Below, one piece after another: positions 39,201 through 48,911 of a stretch of DNA of 64,000 nucleotides (positions are counted from its first letter, which is position 1; each line of letters opens with the position of its first letter). The notes under the pieces were generated by a model. The model was not told the origin of the DNA and ran no database searches. It saw nothing but the letters and a program-made list of their open reading frames with translations. The DNA is from Candidatus Omnitrophota bacterium. Its GTDB lineage: Bacteria; Omnitrophota; Gorgyraeia; JAZDFF01. The stretch lies in assembly GCA_043808095.1 (NCBI GenBank), contig JAZDFF010000020.1, positions 26,624 to 90,623 of the forward strand, in the 5' to 3' direction. Made by a program: the position numbers and the translations under genes.

Positions 39201-39406
39201 TAGGCTGTCATGAAAGTCGTTCCAGCCTATGATTACAGTGATTTCTAATATGATTTCAGCGATTATCTCGACGACCTGTTTAATCGCTGTAATCCCTGAC
39301 TGTCGTCAGGCAGGTGTTTTCTTCCCGCTTTACGGGATCCCGCTGGATATTTTCTATGGTGCGGGATAATCACCGTAATCAAGGGTGGCACTTTTGTGAC
39401 GCCCTA
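39201..39406. mobile_element. MITE-like element with imperfect terminal inverted repeats and three nested sub-elements
   Basis: taggctgtcatgaaagt...acttttgtgacgcccta; contains a GATTACAG array, cctgactgtcgtcaggcagg (39295-39314) and a TCCCG double hairpin (39323-39366). Confidence 0.65.
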
Positions 39407-39466
39407 TAAATAATTAAGTTGCAAATGCTGGGTTAATAATAAAAGTAAATCTTAATAAAAAAATAC

Positions 39467-39495
39467 TTGACAAGGTAATTATATTATGTTTTAAT
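39467..39495 (+). promoter_or_regulatory. Sigma70 promoter for the pilus assembly operon
   Basis: TTGACA-17bp-TTTAAT with extended TG. Confidence 0.65.
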
Positions 39496-39520
39496 TAAGT
39501 ATAAAAAAATATAGGTAAAT

Positions 39521-39727
39521 ATGAGTAAAATGGCAAGATTAATGGATATTGAGGAATTAGCAGACTATCTCAAGCTGCGCAAGCAGACCATCTATAATTG
39601 GCTAAACCAAAGAAAGATGTCTGGAATAAAGTTGGGAGGGGTCTGGAGATTTGATAGGAGAGAGATCGACAAATGGCTAAGATCTCAGGTCCAGAAGGCA
39701 GAAGGCGATTCTGGAGGGAGCAACTAA
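39521..39727 (+). CDS. Excisionase-family (HTH_17) DNA-binding protein
   Basis: LMDIEELADYLKL..QTIYNW...K.GG.WRF..EIDKWL pattern. Confidence 0.9.
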   Translation: MSKMARLMDIEELADYLKLRKQTIYNWLNQRKMSGIKLGGVWRFDRREIDKWLRSQVQKAEGDSGGSN

Positions 39728-39728
39728 T

Positions 39729-41261
39729 ATGTTAAAGGGCAACCAGGTAGGCATATATTTGAGCCAGGGCTCCATAGAACTTATTGAGGCACAGGCCAAG
39801 CAATTAGCTCGATACTATTCTTTGGCCTTGCCCGCCAAACAAGAACAGGCCGTAGATTTTTCTCAAGACGATAAACTAAAGATGGTGGTAGGCCTTAATA
39901 AAAGTATCCGAGAGGCATTGATTGAGACTAAGGATGTTATCTTAAGTATCGCGGCAGAAAAGCTAGTGATTAGGTACTTTCAGATACCGGTTATGCCTAA
40001 AGCAGAACTTGATTCTACCGTTAACTTTGAGGCCAGAAGATATATTCCCTTTAACATAGAAGAACTGGCCTTTGATTACCAGTCCATTAATTTAAATAAA
40101 AACTTAGGTATCCTTTTCGTTGCTATAAAAAGGGACTTCTTAGATTTTATTGTTTCGGTCTTCACAGAGGCCAAATTAAATCTTTTGGCCATAGAACCCG
40201 CATCTTTTAGTCTACTACGGGTTTTAAAATTAAGCAGACATATCGGGAAAAACAATTTAGTGATTGTTGATTTTAACCCCAATGAAGGCGGTGATATTAC
40301 TATTTTAGAGGCAGGATTTCCGCGATTTAACAGAGACATAAAATTTTTGCCTGGCCTGCCGCTTGAAATGGACGAGAAACTAGATTCAACCTCCGCTAAA
40401 TTAATAACCGAAATCCGGCTTTCTTTAGAGTTTTATTTTCGTAGGCAACCTTATCAGAAATTTATCGAAAAACTAATTTTGGTAACCCAGGAGGATTCTT
40501 CAGAATTAAAAGATTCTCTTTCTAGGGAATTAGGCTTTCCTATAGTTATAGTTAGGCCTGCTGAGTTACTCATAAATATCAAAGAACCAATGGGCCTCGG
40601 TTTGGTAAAGGCATATGGGGCGTCTTTAAGAAACAAAATCAGCCTTCCGTTTTCCATAGACTTATTGAAAAATATTGCAGTCAAGACTTATAAGCCAAAG
40701 GCTATTTTTCCAAAAGTCGCAATAAAGATAGATTTGCTCTCTCTTTTAAAACCAGAGCTAATACGTACATTAATAATCTGCTGTCTGGGAGTAGTTTTAG
40801 TATATTTATTCGGCCTTCAAAAAATTATTCTTGAAAAGAAAAATCTTGAAAGCTTAAGACAAAAGGATAAAAGAGCCGGATATTTCAGCGGTCTCAGCTC
40901 CAAAGATTTAAAAATAATGCAAGAAAATTACGAAAAGAAACTCAGCGCCCTGGAAACTTTGGCTGGGAGAAGGATTTATCTCACCAAAAAGTTAAATACC
41001 CTTGCCAGTGTTTTGCCTGATGGCTGTTGGCTTAAAGATATTTCTTTTCAAAAATCTCCCAATTCGATTGGGCTGGTAGTAAGAGGCAGCGTCTACCATG
41101 AGGACGAAACCAAAGAATTTGGCACGGTAAATCAACTTTTATCTAGGTTAAAGAATGACGCAAGTTTTCTCGAAGGTTTTACCGAGATAAGCCTCTCTAG
41201 GGTCAATAAAAATAAAGCAGCAAAATGGATAGTCACTGATTTTGAAATTTCATGTAGGTAG
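39729..41261 (+). CDS. PilM-PilN-like fusion (pilus alignment complex)
   Basis: Actin-like PilM part (EARRYIPF..EELAFDY), a TM helix, then a PilN-like periplasmic part (LPDGCWL..I...G). Confidence 0.8.
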   Translation: MLKGNQVGIYLSQGSIELIEAQAKQLARYYSLALPAKQEQAVDFSQDDKLKMVVGLNKSIREALIETKDVILSIAAEKLVIRYFQIPVMPKAELDSTVNFEARRYIPFNIEELAFDYQSINLNKNLGILFVAIKRDFLDFIVSVFTEAKLNLLAIEPASFSLLRVLKLSRHIGKNNLVIVDFNPNEGGDITILEAGFPRFNRDIKFLPGLPLEMDEKLDSTSAKLITEIRLSLEFYFRRQPYQKFIEKLILVTQEDSSELKDSLSRELGFPIVIVRPAELLINIKEPMGLGLVKAYGASLRNKISLPFSIDLLKNIAVKTYKPKAIFPKVAIKIDLLSLLKPELIRTLIICCLGVVLVYLFGLQKIILEKKNLESLRQKDKRAGYFSGLSSKDLKIMQENYEKKLSALETLAGRRIYLTKKLNTLASVLPDGCWLKDISFQKSPNSIGLVVRGSVYHEDETKEFGTVNQLLSRLKNDASFLEGFTEISLSRVNKNKAAKWIVTDFEISCR

Positions 41262-41267
41262 ATATTT

Positions 41268-41813
41268 ATGAATTTAGGCAATTTCAAACAGATAAAGCTT
41301 GAAGAGCTGATTAAGAAACCCGTATTCCTGTTTCATATTGGGATTGTTATTTTTAGTTTTATAGTGGCAAAACACGTATACACGGATCAGATTAAAAAAG
41401 CCCAGGATATAAAGATAGAGATTGGGGAAGAAAAAGAAGATAACCTCGTAATCAGTAAGATTGAAGATATAAAGAAAAATTTAGAGGATTATAAAAAGGT
41501 GGCCTTATTGGATAAAGATATGGGCCTCGTAATAAATATGATTAATCAGTATGCAAATCAAATAGGGATTAAATTTGAGTCTATGAGCCCTTTGGCGGTG
41601 AAAGAAATCGGTCCTTATTTTTATTTATCGGTTAATCTGCGTTTTCAAATCGATTCATTCAACCAACTAGGCTCTTTTATCAGTATTATTGAGAATTCTT
41701 CGTTGTTTCTGCAAGTAGATGGTATGAGCGTAGCTAACGTAAGTTATGGGAGAGAGGATCAGCAGGCCGCGAGATCTTGTGATTTGATTGTTGGCGCCTT
41801 CTATTTTAAATAA
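41268..41813 (+). CDS. pilO: PilO-like protein
   Basis: TM helix plus coiled coil, F.QLGSFI..IENS...V pattern; operon position. Confidence 0.7.
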   Translation: MNLGNFKQIKLEELIKKPVFLFHIGIVIFSFIVAKHVYTDQIKKAQDIKIEIGEEKEDNLVISKIEDIKKNLEDYKKVALLDKDMGLVINMINQYANQIGIKFESMSPLAVKEIGPYFYLSVNLRFQIDSFNQLGSFISIIENSSLFLQVDGMSVANVSYGREDQQAARSCDLIVGAFYFK

Positions 41814-41824
41814 GGAGATTTTCC

Positions 41825-42436
41825 TTGACTATTGATAAGGGCAAAACTAATGGAACACGAATGCGCACTGATTACCCCGGGAATTCGGAGAATTCCCGGG
41901 ACTTAGTCCCTGAAATTGCAATTAAAATTGCAATTTCTAGGGGCACACAAATAAACACGAATTTGTCGTCGGAATTTATTCGTGAGAATTCGTATGCAAT
42001 TTGTGAGAATTCGCGCATTGGTTATACAAAGATTAATAAAAGGTTGTTCATGCTGTTTTTAATGCTGATTGTTACGCTTCTTTGGCAGGAGGTTGTTTCA
42101 GCCACGGTTGAGTTTAATCCCTCAACTAACCGCGATCCATTTACTTCCTTATTGCCGAAAGAAAAACCTATAGAACAGCCAACGGTTATTGCACCAGGTA
42201 CGCGAGAAGAAGTCATAGTAGCGCCAAAACTTAATATTCAGGGCCTGGTCTGGGGAGCAAAATTTCCTCAGGCAATAATTGAGAATAAGGTGGTTAAAAT
42301 TGGAGATAAAATCGATGAATCCGAGATAGTAGAGATAAAAAAAGATGGAATTGTAATAACATATAAGGGGAAATTATTTACGCTCCAAACACAAGGGCCT
42401 TCTCCCGGAAGGTCGACGGAGGGCGAGAGAAGATGA
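41825..42436 (+). CDS. PilP/GspB-like protein with a repeat-derived N-terminal insertion
   Basis: RDPF..LLP and L.IQGLVWG..PQAII....VKIGDKI motifs; TTG after AAGGAG (alternative ATG at 42050). Confidence 0.7.
   Translation: MTIDKGKTNGTRMRTDYPGNSENSRDLVPEIAIKIAISRGTQINTNLSSEFIRENSYAICENSRIGYTKINKRLFMLFLMLIVTLLWQEVVSATVEFNPSTNRDPFTSLLPKEKPIEQPTVIAPGTREEVIVAPKLNIQGLVWGAKFPQAIIENKVVKIGDKIDESEIVEIKKDGIVITYKGKLFTLQTQGPSPGRSTEGERR
41829..42039. mobile_element. ~210-bp composite palindromic element, copy 1
   Basis: Closely similar to 48919-49132; CACGAAT periodic arms enclosing a two-hairpin insert. Confidence 0.85.
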
Positions 42437-43998
42437 AAAATAAATACAGATTATTAATTTATTTAATCCTTGCTTTTTTGTTTCTTGTCGTTAGAGAAGC
42501 CGGGCCTTATGAGGATTTTGGTTATGATGGTGAAAAAGAACCGCTTATTTCCATGGATTTTCAGGATGCCAATCTAAAGGATGTCTTAAAGATATTTTCT
42601 CAGCAGTCGGGTTTAAATTTTATTGCTTCTGAGGCGATTATGGATAGAAAGTTAACGCTGTATCTTGATAAGGTCAGTGTGGATGAGGCGCTTTCCAAGA
42701 TTCTCTCGGCCAATGGCCTTGCCTATGAGTTAGATAAATCAAGCCATATCTTTATCGTCAAAGAATTGGGTAGACCTAAGATTGAGACCATCACCAAGGT
42801 GTATTACCTAAAATATGCCCGGGTCAGCACTTCGCATATAAACAGCGAAATAAAAGATAAACTCAGCAGCACAAGCAGTAGTTCATCCACAAGCACTAGT
42901 TCAACACAAGAAGATTCAGGCGGCATAAAAACGGCAATTGAAAAGATCCTAACGGATAATGGTAAGATTGTTGAGGATGCGCGCACTAACAGCCTCATAG
43001 TTACCGACGTGCCCAACAATTTTACCTTTATTGACCAGACTATTAGCAAATTAGATATTGCTACGCCTCAGGTATTAATTGAAGTAGAGATGCTTGATGT
43101 TTCTAAAAATACTGCAGATCAACTGGGAGTAAAGTGGCAGAATCCGCTTGCTTCTTTAGATATGACCTTGACTCAAAGGGCCAGTGCTTTTCCATTTCAT
43201 ACTTCTAGGTATGCAAATCAATCAAAAAATACGGCGACAGTCACAGCGGCAACTGCTACTCCAAGCGGTTGGTCTGATATGAGTTGGGCAGCTAACACTT
43301 TTGGGCCGACAATTTTAACAATAGTAGGAAAACAGCTTTCCCTGGATTTCTTAAGGTCCCAGACAGATACCAAATATCTTGCCCGGCCAAGGATTCTTAC
43401 ATTAAGCAATGAAACGGCTGAGATAAAAATAGCAACGCAAGAATCCATCGGCATTACAACTACTACCGCCTCAACTGGCGGCTCTTCCGGCAGCACTACG
43501 CAAGAGCCAGAAAGGTCAGAGACAGGCGTGTCTTTAAGAGTTACCCCTCAAGTTAACGCAGAAACAGGTGATATCACCATGTTTATTGAGCCGGAGGTTG
43601 CTGCAGCTAAGACCGGCAATACCTTAACTCTTGCCGGTGACACCTATTCTTTTAGAGACCCGGAAAAGCGGGGGACAAAATCAACCGTTATGATTAAAGA
43701 CGGCCAGACTATTGTAATCGGCGGTCTTATACGTACTGACACTTCCTTAGTCAATACCAAGGTTCCTTTTTTAGGGGATATCCCTCTATTAGGCACATTA
43801 TTTAGACATAAGGATAAAACTAAAGACGAGGATCGGGAGTTGATTATTTTTCTTACTCCCCACATCATAAAAGAACCTACATTCAAAGATACCCTGCCTG
43901 CGATAAGTACTTTAGGCCTTAATCGGGAACAGATGCCTTCTTTAAGGAATACTGATATAGATAAATTTTTAGATCAGGTTGAAGATAAAAGATTATAG
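42433..43998 (+). CDS. Secretin (PilQ/GspD family)
   Basis: ISMDFQDA.LKDVL, DARTNSLIVTD, QVLIEV, GVSLRVTP, VPFLGDIPLLG.LF and LIIFLTPHII motifs. Confidence 0.95.
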   Translation: MKNKYRLLIYLILAFLFLVVREAGPYEDFGYDGEKEPLISMDFQDANLKDVLKIFSQQSGLNFIASEAIMDRKLTLYLDKVSVDEALSKILSANGLAYELDKSSHIFIVKELGRPKIETITKVYYLKYARVSTSHINSEIKDKLSSTSSSSSTSTSSTQEDSGGIKTAIEKILTDNGKIVEDARTNSLIVTDVPNNFTFIDQTISKLDIATPQVLIEVEMLDVSKNTADQLGVKWQNPLASLDMTLTQRASAFPFHTSRYANQSKNTATVTAATATPSGWSDMSWAANTFGPTILTIVGKQLSLDFLRSQTDTKYLARPRILTLSNETAEIKIATQESIGITTTTASTGGSSGSTTQEPERSETGVSLRVTPQVNAETGDITMFIEPEVAAAKTGNTLTLAGDTYSFRDPEKRGTKSTVMIKDGQTIVIGGLIRTDTSLVNTKVPFLGDIPLLGTLFRHKDKTKDEDRELIIFLTPHIIKEPTFKDTLPAISTLGLNREQMPSLRNTDIDKFLDQVEDKRL

Positions 43999-44049
43999 AT
44001 AATAGATGCCAGATACCAGATGCAAGATAAAAAAATGTCCGATTTTAAA

Positions 44050-44078
44050 TTGACTAGATTTTTAATAAGAATTATAAT
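44050..44078 (+). promoter_or_regulatory. Sigma70 promoter for pilB-pilC
   Basis: TTGACT-17bp-TATAAT. Confidence 0.75.
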
Positions 44079-44093
44079 TAGTTAGGTGTAGAT

Positions 44094-45824
44094 ATGCCGC
44101 GTATGAGCTCAAAATTAGGCGAGATATTGCTGCAGGAAGGCTTGATTACCAAAGACCAGCTTGAACAGGCTATCTCTGCCCAGAGGCAAGAGAAAAACGC
44201 CCGTATCGGCGAGATTTTTATAAAACTTGGCATTGTAAAAGAACAGGATGTCATTGCTGCCCTGGGTAAGCAACTCAGTATTCCTTACGTTTCTTTAGGG
44301 GCAGGGCTTCTTAAGCCTATTATCGACCAGGGCCTGGAGGAGTTAGTCCCCAAAGATTTTGCCCTTAAGAATTTAGTCCTGCCGCTTTCTAAGAGTTTTA
44401 GTTCCCTGACCTGCGCTGTATATGACCCTTTGGATCTTATCCTGATTGACAACCTGAGAAAGATGACCGGCTGTGAGATTAATCCTGTGATTGCTACCAA
44501 ATCCGATATCTTACAGGCAATCGAAGATTTTTACGGAAAACTGAATCTTTTAAAAGAAGCGGTTAAAGATTCCTATAAAAGCCAAGATGAGGAAACTGTA
44601 GAGGCCCAGGAATTGCGCACACCTGAAGAAGAAGAGCTAAGTATCGACAAACTTATTGCCCGGGCAGAAGAGGCTCCTGTTATAAAACTTGTGGACTTGA
44701 TTATCCGTCAGGCCATAGATGAGCGCGCCTCAGATATCCACATCGAACCGTTTAAGAACAGGATTTCTTTACGTTATCGTATTGACGGCGTACTTTATGA
44801 GATACCGCCGCCTGCCCGGCACCTGCATCTTCCCATTGTCTCGCGTATTAAGATTCTTTCCAAGTTAGATATTGCGGAAAAACGCCTGCCCCAGGATGGT
44901 TCCTTTATTGTTAAACTAGAGAACAAGACCATCGACCTGAGGATATCCATAGTACCCACTATCTACGGTGAAAAGGCGGTCTTAAGATTATTAGACCGCA
45001 CCCAGATCCCTTTAGATCTGGCACAACTTGGATTTGATTCGAATCAATTGAAGGATTTCCGCCGGTCAATCCGTAGTCCCTATGGGATGGTCTTTTTAAC
45101 CGGCCCCACTGGTTCGGGAAAGACCACTACTCTTTATGCCGCCTTAAGCGAGGTAAAAGACCCGCGAAAAAATATCATCACTGTCGAGGACCCAGTTGAA
45201 TACCATCTTGAGGGGGTTAATCAAGTCCAGATAAAACCGGATATCGGCCTTACCTTTGCCTCATCCCTTAGGGCATTTTTAAGACAAGACCCGGATATAA
45301 TGATGGTTGGAGAGGTAAGGGACCTGGAGACTGCCCAGATTTGTGTGCGCGCAGCCTTAACCGGACATCTGGTTTTTAGTACCTTACACACTAATGATGC
45401 ACCTTCGACCATAACCCGGCTTATGGATATCGGCATAGAGCCTTACCTTTTAGCTCCATCTATCGTTTTAATCGTGGCCCAGCGTTTAGTAAGAAAACTT
45501 TGCCCTGAATGTAAAGAGGCGTATGAGCCGAAACCAGAGCAGATAAAAGATCTAAATTTTAACCCCCCAGACCTTATTTATAGACCCAAAGGTTGTGATA
45601 AATGTAATCATATTGGCTACATGGGAAGGATTGCTATCGCCGAGGTAATGGTAGTTACGGAAAAAATCAGGGAGCAGATTAAGCCGGGAGTATCATTTGT
45701 TATGCTCAAGAATATTTCCCGGGAAGAAGGCATGGTTAGTTTATTGGAAAGCGGACTAAAAAAAGCTAGTGACGGCCTTACCAGTTTAGAGGAAGTCCTT
45801 GGTGTTGCTGTAGGGGATTTCTAG
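44094..45824 (+). CDS. pilB: Type IV pilus assembly ATPase (PilB/GspE)
   Basis: N-terminal LGEILLQEGLIT (MshEN-like), ASDIHIEP, GPTGSGKTTTLY and LRQDPDIMMVGEVRD motifs. Confidence 0.93.
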   Translation: MPRMSSKLGEILLQEGLITKDQLEQAISAQRQEKNARIGEIFIKLGIVKEQDVIAALGKQLSIPYVSLGAGLLKPIIDQGLEELVPKDFALKNLVLPLSKSFSSLTCAVYDPLDLILIDNLRKMTGCEINPVIATKSDILQAIEDFYGKLNLLKEAVKDSYKSQDEETVEAQELRTPEEEELSIDKLIARAEEAPVIKLVDLIIRQAIDERASDIHIEPFKNRISLRYRIDGVLYEIPPPARHLHLPIVSRIKILSKLDIAEKRLPQDGSFIVKLENKTIDLRISIVPTIYGEKAVLRLLDRTQIPLDLAQLGFDSNQLKDFRRSIRSPYGMVFLTGPTGSGKTTTLYAALSEVKDPRKNIITVEDPVEYHLEGVNQVQIKPDIGLTFASSLRAFLRQDPDIMMVGEVRDLETAQICVRAALTGHLVFSTLHTNDAPSTITRLMDIGIEPYLLAPSIVLIVAQRLVRKLCPECKEAYEPKPEQIKDLNFNPPDLIYRPKGCDKCNHIGYMGRIAIAEVMVVTEKIREQIKPGVSFVMLKNISREEGMVSLLESGLKKASDGLTSLEEVLGVAVGDF

Positions 45825-45826
45825 TT

Positions 45827-45927
45827 GCACAGATGAGCGCAGATTGTAAATAAAAACTTAAGTTTTCACAGATAGGCACAGATGAGTTATCTGTGTTTCA
45901 GCCGTAGGCTGATCCGCCTTTGGCGGA
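45827..45927. repeat. CACAGAT-family element with a nested 30-nt double hairpin (45898-45927)
   Basis: gcacagatgagcgcagat..cacagataggcacagat..atctgtgtt[tcagccgtaggctga tccgcctttggcgga]aa. Confidence 0.85.
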
Positions 45928-45940
45928 AATAAGGAAAAAG

Positions 45941-47188
45941 ATGCCAAAATTCTTTTATGTAGCCAGGACAAATGACGGCCAAAAAAGGACAGGCGTAGCC
46001 GAGGCACAAGATCAGGGTTCATTGATATCACGCCTGCAGCAAGAGGGCCTGATTATTACTACAGTGGTCAGTCAGGAATCCGAGGCGCAAACAGCTGCAG
46101 GTGAACCAAAACCCGCCCGGTCCTTAAAAACCATAATTCGCAGAAGCCGCGTGAGCGTCAATGATATGGTCCTTTTTTCCAGGCAATTAGGGACGATGTT
46201 AGACTCCGGAATCAATCTCCTTAGGGCCTTAGATGTTATCTTAAAACAGATTGAATCCAGAACTCTTTATCAGGCTGTTGAACAGGTAAAGAACGATGTT
46301 GAGTCAGGCAAAAGCCTCGCCCAGGGCATGGCAAGGTTCCCGCGGATATTTTCGAAATTGTGGGTAAACCTTATTGAGACCGGTGAGGCCAGCGGAAATA
46401 TGCCTTTGGTTTTAGACAGGCTGGCCAGATACGAAGAGGCCAGGGCTGCGTTTCAGACTAAGGTCATTACAGCCCTTATTTATCCTGCCATACTCTTTAT
46501 TGTAGCTATGGGCGCGATATTCTTTTTTGTCTATAAGATTATTCCTACCTTTGCCGAATTGTTTGGTGCTTTTGGCGTAGAACTGCCTGCCCCCACAAGA
46601 TTTTTTATTTTCTTGAGTAAATCCTTGCACCGTGGTATAATTCCTATAGTCTTAGGAGTAATTATTATTTCCTATCTTTTTAGAAGATATATCGAAACCA
46701 GATCAGGAAGAGAAACTTTTGACATCTTTAAATTTAAAATGCCCGTTTTAGGCCATCTCTTTAAGGCTATGGCCATAGAGACTTTTACTTCGGAACTGGC
46801 AATGCTCTTAGAAAGCGGGGTGCCAATACTTTATGCCTTGGATATTACCCAGCACAGTATTACCAATACAGTCATCGAAAAGGCCATAACCCAGGCCAAG
46901 AATAATGTGCGCGAAGGAAAGACCTTGTCTGAGCCATTAGAGGCTAGCGGCGTATTCCCTCCTATGGTAGTGCAGATGGTTTCTATCGGGGAAGAAGTTG
47001 GTGAATTGCCTAAAATGTTCAATCAGATTTCCAAATTTTATGAGTCATTTATTGAGACCTTTGTCACCCGCTTGACGCTTATGTTTGAGCCGTTTATGCT
47101 GGTTTTTATAGGAGGCATCATTGGATTTATGGTAATTTCGATGTTTCTGCCTATTTTTAATATCGCAACTGTAGGAGGAATGAAGTAA
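45941..47188 (+). CDS. pilC: Type IV pilus platform protein (PilC/GspF)
   Basis: FSRQLGTMLDSG, GEASG, ALIYP, IGEEVG and FLPIF motifs; start at ATG 45941. Confidence 0.95.
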   Translation: MPKFFYVARTNDGQKRTGVAEAQDQGSLISRLQQEGLIITTVVSQESEAQTAAGEPKPARSLKTIIRRSRVSVNDMVLFSRQLGTMLDSGINLLRALDVILKQIESRTLYQAVEQVKNDVESGKSLAQGMARFPRIFSKLWVNLIETGEASGNMPLVLDRLARYEEARAAFQTKVITALIYPAILFIVAMGAIFFFVYKIIPTFAELFGAFGVELPAPTRFFIFLSKSLHRGIIPIVLGVIIISYLFRRYIETRSGRETFDIFKFKMPVLGHLFKAMAIETFTSELAMLLESGVPILYALDITQHSITNTVIEKAITQAKNNVREGKTLSEPLEASGVFPPMVVQMVSIGEEVGELPKMFNQISKFYESFIETFVTRLTLMFEPFMLVFIGGIIGFMVISMFLPIFNIATVGGMK

Positions 47189-47267
47189 GATAAATGAAGA
47201 CATGGCTTAGTGAGTGATAACGAAATTAAGTCATAAGTCGCATGCTCTATAGAAGGAGGTGGTGTGT

Positions 47268-47309
47268 AGGTTAAAGGTTAAAGGTTAAAGGTTAAAGGTT
47301 AAAGGTTAA
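47268..47309 (+). repeat. Perfect heptamer tandem repeat (AGGTTAA)x6 upstream of the first pilin
   Basis: Six exact copies, read directly. Confidence 0.95.
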
Positions 47310-47333
47310 AATTAAATAAATTAAGGAGGAAAA

Positions 47334-47744
47334 ATGAGAAGAAAAGGTTTTACCTTACTGGAATTAATTATCGTCATTGTCATCTTGGGTATCTTGGCCA
47401 GTTTTGCTATGCCGCGTTATTTCAGGGCCGCAGAAAAAGCCCGCGCAGCAGAAGGGATTTCTATATTAGGTACTTTTCGCTCTGCACAGATAAGAGAGAG
47501 GGCACAACGAGGTAATTACGCAGGCGCCTGTGGGGGTTTAGATGTCGAAATTGGTGCGCCGCGTTTTTTTGCTGCTCCTGTTTGTGCGGCTGCTGATCCC
47601 ATAGTTTCAATTACAAGAGATCTTACTAATGCAAACAATGCTGTCGAACCAGGCGTAGCATATACCATAACTATTACCGCAGATGGCCTGTTAGCATGTG
47701 GTCCTGCAGGTGCGTTAGCTAGTTGCACAGCAGTAATGCCATAG
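47334..47744 (+). CDS. Type IV pilin (probable major pilin)
   Basis: RRKG|FTLLELIIV class III signal; strong AAGGAGG SD; two Cys pairs. Confidence 0.92.
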   Translation: MRRKGFTLLELIIVIVILGILASFAMPRYFRAAEKARAAEGISILGTFRSAQIRERAQRGNYAGACGGLDVEIGAPRFFAAPVCAAADPIVSITRDLTNANNAVEPGVAYTITITADGLLACGPAGALASCTAVMP

Positions 47745-47806
47745 CTCTTTAATTGGCGGATTTGTTTAACATTGTTTAGGAATACAATAAATACCCATAA
47801 AATAAA

Positions 47807-48259
47807 ATGCACAAACGCAAGGCTTTTACCTTAATTGAGGTAACGGCAGTGGTAATTATTGCCTCTATCTCAGCGGTTATCGTCTTCCCTAATTACCAGC
47901 GGGCAGTAGAGCAGGCCAGAGATAGAGAGGCGGTTGCCTGCCTGCGTTTAATTCAGGCTGGAGAGCGGATCTATCGCATTGAGCACGACCCGCCTCAGTT
48001 TTTTCCTTTTAATGGCGAGCTGCAACAAAATACCGGCCAAATCAATGCAGGCCTGAGGCTTAGTTTAACCACACAAAATTGGAGATATTTTGTTGATGAT
48101 TTGGCAGGTGGTAATAATTTTGATGCTCAGGCTCAGAGCGTTTTAACAGGACGGACCTGGATGATAAGAAGGGATAATTGTAATAATATATTTGGCGCCT
48201 GCTGTATAGCAAATTGTCCACCGGATCCGGCTTACACAGATTGCACAGGATGTCCTTAA
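47807..48259 (+). CDS. Type IV pilin-like protein with a Cys-rich C-terminus
   Basis: KRKA|FTLIEV signal. Confidence 0.88.
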   Translation: MHKRKAFTLIEVTAVVIIASISAVIVFPNYQRAVEQARDREAVACLRLIQAGERIYRIEHDPPQFFPFNGELQQNTGQINAGLRLSLTTQNWRYFVDDLAGGNNFDAQAQSVLTGRTWMIRRDNCNNIFGACCIANCPPDPAYTDCTGCP

Positions 48260-48663
48260 AGTTTGGATATATTTTTAAGAAAGCCCCGTTAAAGATTAAG
48301 AAATCATTAGCGGGGTTTACCCTTGTTGAGATAGTTGTTGCTGCGATGATTCTGTCTATAGCAATCTGGAGTATAATGGTGGCTTTTAATGCCGGGACAC
48401 GGTTTGTTTACCACTCCCGTTATCGGCTATTGGCGGTAAATTATATGCAGGCAGTTTTAGAGAACTTAAGGCAGGCAGTAAGAGAAGATACCTGGGGTAC
48501 AGGAGATTTGAGCTTTGGAAATCATAATTGTCCCTTTGCGAACCCATTAGCTACGATTGATCCTGCAGCAACATGTACCTATACTGTGACTGATTTTCAA
48601 GGAGGAAATAATCCTGATTTGCCCAAGAATGTGGAGGTAACTGTAACCTGGACACCGCCTTAA
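48250..48663 (+). CDS. PilV-like minor pilin
   Basis: LAG|FTLVEIVVA signal; C-terminal V.V.W; start at ATG 48250. Confidence 0.85.
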   Translation: MSLKFGYIFKKAPLKIKKSLAGFTLVEIVVAAMILSIAIWSIMVAFNAGTRFVYHSRYRLLAVNYMQAVLENLRQAVREDTWGTGDLSFGNHNCPFANPLATIDPAATCTYTVTDFQGGNNPDLPKNVEVTVTWTPP

Positions 48664-48667
48664 TTCA

Positions 48668-48900
48668 AAATAACTAATGACTAAATCTGAATGACGAATA
48701 AAAATCACAAATTCCAAATTACAAATCACAAACAAATTACAATACCCAATGACCAAATTTCAAAACTCGCTTGGAAAAATTGATTCTGTTTTGGTCATTG
48801 TAATTTTGGAATTGTATATTGTTTATAATTTGAGGTTTGTATATTGTAATTTATTCTTTAGGAATTCATTAGGCATTCGTCATTAGGAAATTCGAAATTT
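48668..48900. repeat. Two nested inverted heptamer arrays
   Basis: Outer taatgac/gaatgac..attcgtc attagga; inner aaatcac aaattcc aaattac aaatcac..ttgaggt ttgtata ttgtaat. Confidence 0.85.
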
Positions 48901-48911
48901 TTAAAAGGTTA

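Noticed and set aside
39521-39727. Prophage or ICE suggested by the excisionase-like gene and tRNA-Ala
   Set aside because: No integrase, phage genes or duplicated tRNA 3' end were seen; the gene is coupled to the pilus operon.
42865-42906. Ser/Thr-rich stretch in the secretin
   Set aside because: Low-complexity linkers are common in secretin N3 domains, and no element-like DNA structure is present.
4703-45940. Long N-terminal extensions predicted for leuD, the 5292 ORF, argG, dapL and pilC
   Set aside because: They are read-through of upstream repeat elements from TTG/GTG codons; a downstream ATG gives the canonical N-terminus.
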